A DNA stretch of 49,081 bases. Origin: an uncultured Solirubrobacteraceae bacterium (GTDB lineage Bacteria; Actinomycetota; Thermoleophilia; Solirubrobacterales; Solirubrobacteraceae). The stretch is taken from assembly GCA_964588985.1 (NCBI GenBank), contig CAZPQW010000024.1:1-49081 (forward strand). The letters are read 5' to 3'. A program made the translations under genes and the position numbers. Of the stretch, positions 19,517-28,430 are shown piece by piece (positions within the stretch are counted from its first letter, which is position 1; every line of letters begins with the position of its first letter). The notes beneath the pieces were generated by a model, which saw only the letters and a program-made list of their open reading frames with translations, was not told the DNA's origin and ran no database searches.

Positions 19517-21283
19517 CTACATATCGGTCGATTGGCGCCACTCTCCGAGATTGACACTCGAAATTACACGTGAGCTTTGTGTGAGGTAATCTGCGACTGT
19601 AGGACGTGTCACGTATGCAAGCATCACGCGAGCACGAGTGGTAGCCGCATATCGGCCAAGCCGGCCCGAAGTGACAAGCACACGAGGAAATCTAGCTGTT
19701 GTAGCTTGAGGGTCCACTATAACGACTGCTGTAGTCTCTAGCCCGAGAAACTCGCGAAACTGGCAGCAAGCCATCAAGTCCTGGGGAGCGAGCCCCATAT
19801 TCTGGAGAACTTTGCGAATAGCCGGGAGCTCGGCCGTGTCCATTGCGAGAATCGCGACCTCAGAAAGCGGAATGCCTTCTCGTCGCAGATGATCGACAAT
19901 ATTGGCCACAAGACTGGCGCGAGTGGCCCGACTTTCAGCGCCACAGATCAGTGGCAGCGGTCCGGGGATCTCGGTAGTGACTTGCTTAAACGTCGCGAAC
20001 GCAGACGCAATCTGCGCCACGGGAGCGGAGTTACGGCAGTTGTCCGTAAGTTGAATAAAGTCTCGGCCGCCTCGATATAGCTCTAGAGTGCTCATCTCAT
20101 AGTAAAGGCGCTGAAGATTGCGTCTCCCGGTTTGGTCAGGGTCACCGAAGATATAGACCAGGGGAATGTGACGCATAGCCATACGCAGCAACCGAAGTTG
20201 ACGCAGCGAGAATTGCTGAAACTCGTCAAATATGACAGCGTCGACCGGCTCGTCGGAGTCCAGTCGCGCGACTGCTGCTTGACCGCGAAGTACCTCGACA
20301 CCAACGCGGCGCATATCAAAAGCTGCATTGAGCCGTTTCTCTAGCATGGGTCCGGCGCCGAGCGCGAACACGACCGAATGTCCACTCCGAGCGAGCTGCG
20401 TCGCCCGCTCAACCGCGATCAAGGTCTTTCCTGTTCCGGCGGCTCCAACGATAGTCCCAGTCCGAGAGCCACTGAGGATAGCCATCGCCTTGGCTTGGGT
20501 ATCCGTGAGGCGTACTACGCGCATCGCCTTATGGGCGATCGCGGTGTCACTTTTGGCCGACTCGATCTCCAGAGGCAGAAGAGTCGCGTATCCTGGTCGC
20601 AGAAGACCGGCGATTTGAGATGCTGCCGAATTATCAACTGAGCCACCAGATGCCATGGCTTCCGAAAGGCGATCCAAGATAATCTCGGTGAGTACGGGAA
20701 GATCCTCACGTGTCAATATGCACCCGGCCGGGATGGGCAAGGGAGAAGCTTGAATGCGGGACATGGTTACGAATGCGACGAGCGGCACGGTTGTAACAGC
20801 GACCCCGTAGAGCGAGAGAAATCTCTCAAGTTGGTGGCGCGCGATCGTGACCTGATCCCACGGGTTACGAGTTACATGCGCATCGCCGTCATGCCAGCGA
20901 CCGGCACCATCTACCGTATGAAGCCCGGCCTTAACCTCAACGATGACGACACCCGAGCCGGGTACAAGAACGAGGGCGTCTGTCTCACCTCGCAGTTGAC
21001 GCCCCGACACTGCGCTAATCCAGCGCACGCCCGAGAGGACTTGCCACGAGCTGGGACCGGGTCGTAGAGCGTCGAGGAAGAGTCGCTCCCCTGCGTTAGG
21101 CGGGGTGCTGATGTTGAGTAGACGGGTCAAGTCTCCGAAGGATAGGAGTTTTGCGAGATATTGATTGTCGCCGCTTTCCCGACTAGGGCGCCTGAACGTC
21201 GCCCGAGAGCCGGCCGCAAGGCGAGCTCGTGCATCGAGGGCCCGCTGCTGGACGTGCTGTCCAGACGGAGCAGATCCTTTCAT
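19517..21283 (-). CDS. NERD (PD-(D/E)xK) nuclease fused to superfamily-1 helicase/ATPase
   Basis: GETDALVL..GVVIVEVKAG, NPWDQ; Walker A GAAGTGKT, VIFDEFQ, FGDPDQ, LTDNCRNS, FLGLE, YAATTRAR; true start may be internal. Confidence 0.85.
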   Translation of the reverse strand: MKGSAPSGQHVQQRALDARARLAAGSRATFRRPSRESGDNQYLAKLLSFGDLTRLLNISTPPNAGERLFLDALRPGPSSWQVLSGVRWISAVSGRQLRGETDALVLVPGSGVVIVEVKAGLHTVDGAGRWHDGDAHVTRNPWDQVTIARHQLERFLSLYGVAVTTVPLVAFVTMSRIQASPLPIPAGCILTREDLPVLTEIILDRLSEAMASGGSVDNSAASQIAGLLRPGYATLLPLEIESAKSDTAIAHKAMRVVRLTDTQAKAMAILSGSRTGTIVGAAGTGKTLIAVERATQLARSGHSVVFALGAGPMLEKRLNAAFDMRRVGVEVLRGQAAVARLDSDEPVDAVIFDEFQQFSLRQLRLLRMAMRHIPLVYIFGDPDQTGRRNLQRLYYEMSTLELYRGGRDFIQLTDNCRNSAPVAQIASAFATFKQVTTEIPGPLPLICGAESRATRASLVANIVDHLRREGIPLSEVAILAMDTAELPAIRKVLQNMGLAPQDLMACCQFREFLGLETTAVVIVDPQATTARFPRVLVTSGRLGRYAATTRARVMLAYVTRPTVADYLTQSSRVISSVNLGEWRQSTDM

Positions 21284-21584
21284 GCCCAGGGCGTGAACTC
21301 GACCGCCGGTGCGGATCGCTCACGATAGGCCGAGCTCCCCCGGCGGCCCGTTCCACGGCTGGCCTCCGCGACCGCGTTGCGCTCCTCCTCCGTCTCGGGT
21401 TTATCGCCGAGCGGCGCGTGCGCGAGCATCCACGTGATGGGCTCGCCCGAGACGTCCGCGAGAGCGCGCAGCATTACGTGCGCCCCTCGGTCATGGCGTC
21501 GACGCCTAGTGCAGTTGCTCCTCTGCCATCATCATCCAAGCGTAGAGGCCAAGCCCCACCCGCGCCACTGGCCGAGCGGCAGGC

Positions 21585-21610
21585 TGAACCGCCCCGGGAT
21601 TTTTGGAGCC
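21585..21610 (+). mobile_element. Orphan IS3-family (IS6110-like) terminal inverted repeat
   Basis: TGAACCGCCCCGGGATTTTTGGAG resembles the IS6110-type end TGAACCGCCCCGG...GGAG; no transposase follows. Confidence 0.55.
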
Positions 21611-22065
21611 GCCTCGTGACGGCGTGACTGTGTTGGCTGAAGCCTGGGCGTTTCTAGCTAGCATCAGCCGGCCGACAGACAAGAGGATTCAGGATGTTGG
21701 GTTTTTTTATATGGCCGCGGGGCCAGCGGGGACGCCCATGCCGCTGCCGCGGAGGCGCAGGCCGCACCAGCGGCGAGCCACTCCGGGGTGAGGCTGACTG
21801 AGGGCATGTGATCCAGTATGCCAAGCAATCCTACTCCGCACCAGGCCAGTTCCTTATTATCGCAGCACGGCTCAGCGAGGCTCGTTATCCGGCGGGGTCT
21901 GCTGGGCCTTCTGTGTGGCGCCTAGCGGCTGGCCGAATGCCTGGTCGCTGGGCGTGCAGCTCCCGAATGCGCTCCCAGGCGGGGGCAGGTTTCGAGAGAG
22001 TCGTCCCATGCCAGCCCCATAGAGCGCTCTTTGCTCTGGAGAAGATCATACGTAGGCCAGATAGC

Positions 22066-22101
22066 TATGTAGGATAAGGCTGCCAAGTATGTAGAATAAG
22101 G
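22066..22101 (+). promoter_or_regulatory. Direct repeat TATGTAGRATAAGG x2, probable PadR operator
   Basis: 14-mers at 22066 and 22088 (1 mismatch, 22-bp period) ending 6 nt before the PadR ATG. Confidence 0.6.
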
Positions 22102-22107
22102 ATTCAG

Positions 22108-22425
22108 ATGCCAGAGCGGATCACCGAACAGCTACTTGATGCTTTGGAAGTTTTGCTGGCCGATCCCGGTCGCGAGTGGTACGGCCTGGAGATCATGGAG
22201 CGATCGGAACTGAGCAGCGGGACGCTGTACCCGATCCTTCATCGACTGGTTCTCGATGGCTGGCTCCTGAGAACTCGCGACGTGGAATCCGAGTCTGGCG
22301 GACCGGCTCGTCGTCTCTATCGCTTGTCGGGGTCTGGCGAACAGGCTGCCGAACAGTTGCTCGCCGACAGACGGAGGTCCTCGACGTCAGTGCCCGTTCG
22401 ACCTAGAGCTCAGCCGGCATGGTAG
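22108..22425 (+). CDS. PadR family transcriptional regulator
   Basis: WYGLEIMERSELSSGTLYPILHRL..GWL...ARRLYRLS..G. Confidence 0.92.
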   Translation: MPERITEQLLDALEVLLADPGREWYGLEIMERSELSSGTLYPILHRLVLDGWLLRTRDVESESGGPARRLYRLSGSGEQAAEQLLADRRRSSTSVPVRPRAQPAW

Positions 22426-23390
22426 TCCTGCTCATCTCGGCGATTGGCGCCTTTCTCGGCGGCGTTGCGCGCAACCTCTTCTCGCGAGCGATAGAAGGGG
22501 AAATGGAAGCTGCGTTGCGAACTTGGGCCAAATGGTGCATCGGTCGAGCTGTTTCGCCGCTGTCTCCAGAAGTGGCCGCTGACCAGGAAGACGAGTGGCT
22601 CGCAGAGCTCGGCACGGTGTGGGCTCGTCCGATCCTGGTGATTCGGTTCGTATGGGGTCTCGCGGGAGCAGCGGACGAGATCGCGACGGGTCTCAGATCG
22701 TCGGCTATTGCTGTGCGGCGTCGGCGTGTGCTGCTTTGGCTCGCCAACGTGGACCCGAGAGACGTTGTATGCCGGCCTGACCGGACGCGGTTTGAACTTG
22801 TTGGTGCCTTCTTTCTCGTTGAGTTCGCCCTCGTAGCTTTCGCCGCGTACGTCACTGCGGGCGTGGTGTTCCCCGCATTTTTCGGAGGACACAAACTTCT
22901 TGCCTTTGTGGTGGCCGTGATGGCTGGCACCGTGACCACGGGACTTGATCGTCCATTGGCTGCGATGGCAATCGCCTCTTCAAATCGGCGGACAGCACTC
23001 TGCCGCACTTTGCTTCGATTCTCGCTAAGCGTCATCGTCGCGGCGGTTGTTGTGCAGCCCGTGGCGCTGCGTCTGCTGACGCCCGGTGAGTTCAAGCCGA
23101 TTTCTGCCGTTACTGCAACCCGTCTCGCCGGCGATCCCTCAAGAGGTCGGAGGTCAATGGCGACGATCACAGGGTCCGAGCGGATCGGACTAATCGAACG
23201 TTCACGGCGCCTTGATGACCTCATTGAGGCGGACTCGGCAGCGCTCGCTGTCTTCATTGGTCTGATGCTCGGCGTGATCGCAATCGACTTCGGCAGCACA
23301 CTGCTGATGTGGACCGGGCGAAACTCGCTTTATGCGCGCCGGCAGGCGATCCGGTCAGAGGCCATCGCCGGGCGACTCGAGCCCCGATAA
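22419..23390 (+). CDS. Membrane protein, PadR-partner N-terminus + DUF4407-like region
   Basis: Overlaps PadR stop; EWLAEL motif; LLWLANVD...DRTRFELVG and GLIER..L segments recall DUF4407; several TM helices. Confidence 0.6.
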   Translation: MVVLLISAIGAFLGGVARNLFSRAIEGEMEAALRTWAKWCIGRAVSPLSPEVAADQEDEWLAELGTVWARPILVIRFVWGLAGAADEIATGLRSSAIAVRRRRVLLWLANVDPRDVVCRPDRTRFELVGAFFLVEFALVAFAAYVTAGVVFPAFFGGHKLLAFVVAVMAGTVTTGLDRPLAAMAIASSNRRTALCRTLLRFSLSVIVAAVVVQPVALRLLTPGEFKPISAVTATRLAGDPSRGRRSMATITGSERIGLIERSRRLDDLIEADSAALAVFIGLMLGVIAIDFGSTLLMWTGRNSLYARRQAIRSEAIAGRLEPR

Positions 23391-23751
23391 GACGAACGGA
23401 ACACCAGCCCACCTGGCCGGACTACCGCGGCCGCCGCGCGAGACGGCACTGGGGCGGCACTCCTGTAGGGCTTTGACGCGGGCTGTGATGAGTCCGTCGC
23501 TTGCGGTTCCCGACATCCCGTGTGTCCGCTCCGTCGAGACGCGGCACAGTCCAGTCGGCAGTGGGCACCAGACGTGTCGCGTCACGTGTGGCTGAGGGTG
23601 GCGGCGTTCCTCCATGCCCTTCGCGGAATAGAGCTTGCGCGCCTCGTGCGCTAGCTATCGCCGCTCGCCCTCGCCTATGCCCAGAACAAAAAGCGCCCCG
23701 GCGAGGGACCTAAGCCCTGCTCGAGCCGCTAGCCCGTAGTCGTGCTAGTAC

Positions 23752-24141
23752 CTACGAGATACGGCGTCCGAGGAATGTTACTTCTCGATAGCTGGGCTTG
23801 CTTACGCAAAAGCCCGCAGAGTAGATATGCCTACCAAGTCGTATTGGACGGGTCCCGCCTTGGCCCCAGCGGCAGTACCAGGTATGCGACTTGAAATAAC
23901 CGATGTTGCTTTCGATAGTCCTCAGCGCAGCTTTTCCGGCCGCGCTGCACCCCAGACTGATCGACAGGTGGCGCACCTCCGCGTGGGCGCCGTGAATTGG
24001 CGTGCAGTACGTTCCCTTTGCGTCGTTGGTCGCAGGTATCACAAGCATGAGCGCGATGGTCGCCGCTGTGGCAATCACAAGCTCCGCAAGCACGCTCGAT
24101 AGATGAGCACTGGACACTGTGGGTCTGTGGGTACGCTCCAC
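23752..24141 (-). CDS. Small secreted/membrane-anchored Cys-containing hypothetical protein
   Basis: N-terminal hydrophobic helix, 4 Cys in mature part; start uncertain. Confidence 0.45.
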   Translation of the reverse strand: MERTHRPTVSSAHLSSVLAELVIATAATIALMLVIPATNDAKGTYCTPIHGAHAEVRHLSISLGCSAAGKAALRTIESNIGYFKSHTWYCRWGQGGTRPIRLGRHIYSAGFCVSKPSYREVTFLGRRIS

Positions 24142-24216
24142 GATCTAAAAACCTAGTCGTACCACCCGGACTGCGCAAGATGACACTAGAGAACTGGCGT
24201 GTTACGCGATCAAGAG

Positions 24217-25656
24217 GGGACTGTCAGTTTTTCTGTGTAAATGGCTTTGTTGGTTGTGGTTGGCTGGCTGGTTATTGCGTGGCGTCGAGTCTGTCGCCGT
24301 AGTGGATGGTCAGGATGTTGAGGGCTTGCTTCCAGTTGCTGATTCTGCCGGTCAGGTTCTCGCGGTTGCGCCGCTTCGTCGTCGCGACGAGGTAGAGGAC
24401 CTTCATCGCGGGTTGCTCGTTGGGGAAATGACCGCGGTGGCGGACAGCCCGACGGAATCTAGCGTTCAGCGACTCAATCGCGTTTGTCGTGTAGACGATC
24501 CTGCGGAGCTCGACGGGGAACTCGAGGAATGGCACGAACTCCTCCCACGCATTCTCCCAGGAGCGGATCATCGCTGGGTAGAGCGGCCTCCAGGTCTCAG
24601 CGAACTCGCCGAAGCGTGCTTCTGCGGCCTCGACGGTCGGCGCTGTGTAGATCTCTCTGAGGCTCTTGGCGATCTGCCCCCAGTACTTCTTCGAGGCGTA
24701 GCGCAGACTGTTGCGCACGAGGTGCACGACACACGTCTGGACGGTCGCGTGGGGCTACGTCACACGGATCGCTTCCGGGAGGCCCTTCAGCCCATCGCAG
24801 CACACGATCAGCGCGTCCACGAGGCCGCGGTTGCGTAGCTCTGTGAGCATGCTCATCCACTGCTTGGCGCCCTCCCCTCCCGAGGGGCCGAGCCAGAGGC
24901 CGAGGACATCTCGTTCGCCGTCGAGGTTCACGCCGATCGCGACATAAACTGGCCGGTTAGCGACCTGGGTATCGTGGACCTTCACGACGATCGCGTCGAT
25001 CAACAACACCGGGTAGACGCGGTCCAATGGCCGGCTCTGCCATGCCGCCATGTCAGGCAGCACCTGGTCGGTGATCTTCGAGATCGTCTCGCGGGAGACC
25101 TCGGTGTCATAGATCTCAGCCAGATGCGCTTGGATCTCCCCGGTCGTCAATCCCTTCGCGTAGAGGCTGATCACGTTCGCACCGAGCCCCTCCAGGCGCC
25201 GCACGTGCTTCGGGACTGTGACCGGCTCAAAAGTGCCCTCACGATCTCGGGGTATCCGCAGCTCCACCGGGCCGACATCCGTCCTGACCGTCTTCGCATA
25301 GGCGCCGTTACGGCTGTTCCCGCTCCCGCGGCCGATCGCCTCGTAGGGCTCATAGCCCAGGTGGTCAGCCATCTCCACATCCAAACCGGTCTGAAGGACT
25401 TCCCGAACCATCGACGTCAACAGACCGCCCTCGCCCGTTAGGGCGACTCCTTCGCTGCGGGCGCGGCCCACGAGCGCTTCCGCCCAGCCCCGCAGCCCGT
25501 CTCCCTCAAACGCCACCGCAGCTGGCGCTCCTATCTCCTCACCGCCGTCGACCGGCGCCGCCGTCGTCTCATTGCTCATCAGCACGATCCTCCATTCACG
25601 GGCCCGCCGATACGAACCCTCAGATCACGCCAATACACAAACTTCCGGACAGACCC
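24217..25656 (-). mobile_element. IS256 family insertion sequence
   Basis: Imperfect IRs GGGACTGTCAGTTTTTCTGTGTA (24217) and GGGTCTGTCCGGAAGTTTGTGTA (reverse strand from 25656); no target duplication seen. Confidence 0.88.
24272..25585 (-). pseudogene. IS256 transposase with one in-frame nonsense codon
   Basis: NSRNG, PRDR.G.F.P, LLIDA, CCDGLKG, QTCVVHL.RN, IVYTTNAIES; TAG at 24755-24757 where Trp (TGG) is expected (RVT*PHATVQ). Confidence 0.92.
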
Positions 25657-25928
25657 GTACCGCGGAAACCCTCGCCGAAACAGTCGACGGAAGCGACACT
25701 CTCATCGCCGCACAAACAATCGGGAAGGCACATTCGTCATGACCGGCGACTCCAACCTCTTCACCCCATAAACACCGCACCAGCAAGCGGACGAGGACAT
25801 CAACTCTGATCGGGTAGGGTCGCTGCTGACCGCTCGCCGCTGTGTCCGCAGCTTGCTGTTGTGCGCGCCGACCGGGCGGCCGCGCTTGGCGGCGGATGCT
25901 TATCAGGCGTATCATTCGCGCTGGCCAC

Positions 25929-26351
25929 ATGACAGATGATCTCTACGAAGCCGACGTTGAGTTCGCGCCGGCCGACGAACTCGGAGAGGCGGAAGCCGCC
26001 GAGCTGATCGCCGAACTCGAACGGGAGGGCGCCAGCGCCGAGATTCTTGAGAGGCACTCCGCTAGCGGCGCGCTGCCGGTCGTCGCGATAGTCGCGCTGA
26101 TCGGCGTGTCGGCGAGCACGGTCGCCGGCCTCGTGGTCACGGTGGCCTTCATTTACCGCGTCTTCAAATGCGGGGTGCTGATAGACATGACGGGGAAGAA
26201 GCCGCGGGTGAAGAAGGAAAAGCAGCTGCCGCTCGGGTCGCTGTTGCTCCTCTACGCCGATGGTCGCCAGGAGTACCGCGAGGCGGCCTCAACGGAGCAG
26301 ATCACAGCGCTGCTGCGGACGATCCTCGGTCGCGGCGCCGGGCGCGGGTGA
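25929..26351 (+). CDS. Small membrane-associated protein (acidic N-terminus, central hydrophobic hairpin, beta-rich C-terminus)
   Basis: ATG at 25929, 140 aa, GC3-rich; 34 bp upstream of the peptidase on the same strand. Confidence 0.7.
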   Translation: MTDDLYEADVEFAPADELGEAEAAELIAELEREGASAEILERHSASGALPVVAIVALIGVSASTVAGLVVTVAFIYRVFKCGVLIDMTGKKPRVKKEKQLPLGSLLLLYADGRQEYREAASTEQITALLRTILGRGAGRG

Positions 26352-26385
26352 CGCGACGGGGTCGATCGGCGGGCGCGCAACGGAC

Positions 26386-27630
26386 ATGGCCTCGGAAACC
26401 TGGGAGTGCAGCGAGAGCCAGATACAGGCGATGGCGCGCAGGGTAATTGACCTGCTTGAGCGCAAGTCGCGCGTGTCTGCGGCGCCCTTCCGGGCGCTGG
26501 GCCTGCGCGTCGCTGTGAGCAGACGGCCCGAGCGCGTCAACGCGTTTACCGTGCACACTGACAGCGGCCCGGAAATCGTCGTCGGCGGAGGTCTCTGCGG
26601 GTTCCTGAGCCACTACACGCGCGCGGCCGCGACGTACTTCCTGGCCTCGCCGGAGGGCACGCGCCCGTCGGAGCTGTGGCCTGATGCGCGCTCGTCGCTG
26701 GCGAGTGCTATCGAGTGGCTGTCCTCGCCTTCGCGCTCGCCGCGCATGCCAGCGTTCGAGATGACCGAGCGTCAGGCGGCAGTCAGCGAGGCGTTCGGCG
26801 CCTACGCGATGCGCTTCGCGCTCTGTCACGAGATCGCGCACGTGGCGCTCGAACACGAACCCGTCCACGACTTCGAGCTGGAGGCCGGCGCGGCGCAGCG
26901 CTCGATCGTCGAGTTCAGCCAGAACCAGGAGCGCGAGGCGGATCGCTACGGGCTGCAGCTGCAGATCGCCTCGTTGCCGCAGCGCGACCAGCTCGTGAAC
27001 GCGATCGCGAGCGCCGCCTACATGATCCACGCGGTCGAGCTGCTCAACCTGCGTCTTATGCTGCTCGCGAGGCTGATCGACTCGACACGCTGGCGCGCGC
27101 GTGTCACGCACCCGCCTTTGCTCGAGCGGACGTTCCGCCAGATGGGCGCTGCAGAGAGCGTCGTGCCCGGCGGCGGCGCCGGGCTCGAGAGCCTTCACGA
27201 TCAGCTCGCGGCGCTGAACGGCGAGGTGATCGGCGAGGCGAGTTCACAGCAGGACAGCGTCACCGACTCGGCGCGCAAGCTCATCGACGATGAGAGCACC
27301 AGGGCCGCGGGCGCGCTGGGCTCGGATTGTCGCAGCGTAGCTGCGGCCACACAGACGCTGAGCCTGGACGCCGGCGACCCGCAGCCGGCCCTTGCGCCGC
27401 AGATCCTGGAGCTGTTCGGGCGTAGCCCGCTAGGAGTGCTCGCGGTGTTGGATGTCTCAGCGGCAGCTCCAGAGCGCGATCTCGCGCCGCGCGATCTCGC
27501 GCCGCGCGATCTCGCGCTGTTGGCGCTCGTCGAGCGCCTGAAGCTAGAGCTGCCCGAAGAGTTCGCGTCCTTCCTGGCGTGCTCGCCGCAGCAGCGAACG
27601 GACGCGATTCTGGGGCTGGCGCCGACGTGA
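26386..27630 (+). CDS. HExxH zinc metallopeptidase, M48/U49 (Lit)-like
   Basis: VNAF..., IVVGGGL, FALCHEIAHVALEH, QEREADRYG, THPPLLER in canonical order; no signal peptide. Confidence 0.85.
   Translation: MASETWECSESQIQAMARRVIDLLERKSRVSAAPFRALGLRVAVSRRPERVNAFTVHTDSGPEIVVGGGLCGFLSHYTRAAATYFLASPEGTRPSELWPDARSSLASAIEWLSSPSRSPRMPAFEMTERQAAVSEAFGAYAMRFALCHEIAHVALEHEPVHDFELEAGAAQRSIVEFSQNQEREADRYGLQLQIASLPQRDQLVNAIASAAYMIHAVELLNLRLMLLARLIDSTRWRARVTHPPLLERTFRQMGAAESVVPGGGAGLESLHDQLAALNGEVIGEASSQQDSVTDSARKLIDDESTRAAGALGSDCRSVAAATQTLSLDAGDPQPALAPQILELFGRSPLGVLAVLDVSAAAPERDLAPRDLAPRDLALLALVERLKLELPEEFASFLACSPQQRTDAILGLAPT
27474..27517. repeat. 15-bp tandem repeat x3 (GCGCGATCTCGCGCC) encoding RDLAP
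   Basis: Three consecutive copies within the peptidase C-terminus. Confidence 0.9.
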
Positions 27631-27681
27631 TCGCGCACAGCCAGCGACGAATCAGTAGCCAGCCGTTTTGTCGCTGGCCCG

Positions 27682-27959
27682 CCGACTCGCGCCAAATCTG
27701 CGCCAGTGCAAGCGCGGATCGTGCGGTTTCGGGCGGTTTCAAGCGGCAAACGGGGCGCAGGCACAACCCGCGCGCTCGGCGCTGAATCCCGCTCAACCAT
27801 GCGGAAAACCGTTCAAGCAAGCCAAAAATCTGCCGCGAACCAAAGACCCCCGGAATCTGGACGGGTGGATTCAAGACCTTTGCGCTTCCAGCGGCTTCCT
27901 GCGGTCTCCAGCGGTTTCAGGCGGTTGATCGAAAGGTCGCGCCACAGTGGGCGCCACAG
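27682..27959. repeat. attP/attI-like recombination site, copy A
   Basis: GCGCCA pair (27689, 27700), GCGG at about 10-bp spacing (27714-27743), core TTCAAGACC (27870), GCGG at 27891/27901/27911/27921, GCGCCACAG pair (27939, 27951); homologous to 35501-35893. Confidence 0.75.
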
Positions 27960-28430
27960 CCTCTGGACCGATGTCGTTTGAGCTGCGGGTCCACTCCACT
28001 GCAGATGACATCCTGCCAGTTGGGACGCGCTGTGAGTCGAGACCGCTGTCGGCTACTGCAACGCGAAGAAATCGGGCGGCGCCGCTATCGAGTCATGCAA
28101 CACAAAGATCTCATTGCGGATACTGCGCGCTGGACAGAGTTCGTAGACCTGATGGTCAAGGCGATGGGTTGCGATGCGTTTAAGACTTTGGTGTTTGCGC
28201 TGTCCGTGCTGACGCGCCGACCGCGAGACAGCTTCGCCTGTCGGACGGCGGCAGGGGCACCATCGCCCCGGCGGCTTCCTACGGCTTCAGGCGGATGTCG
28301 AAGCACACGCCACAGCCGCTCGGACCGATGGCGCTTGAACATGCATCCTTCCAACAGGCGCACGACGCGCGCCCGCAGCGCGGATGCGACCGCTAGCACC
28401 GCCTTCCACTGCTCCTGAGCGTCCTGTTTG

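Noticed and set aside
28095-28418. 107-aa plus-strand ORF (MQHKDLIAD...) just inside site A
   Set aside because: First half looks protein-like but the rest is low-complexity; no RBS or motif, so not called
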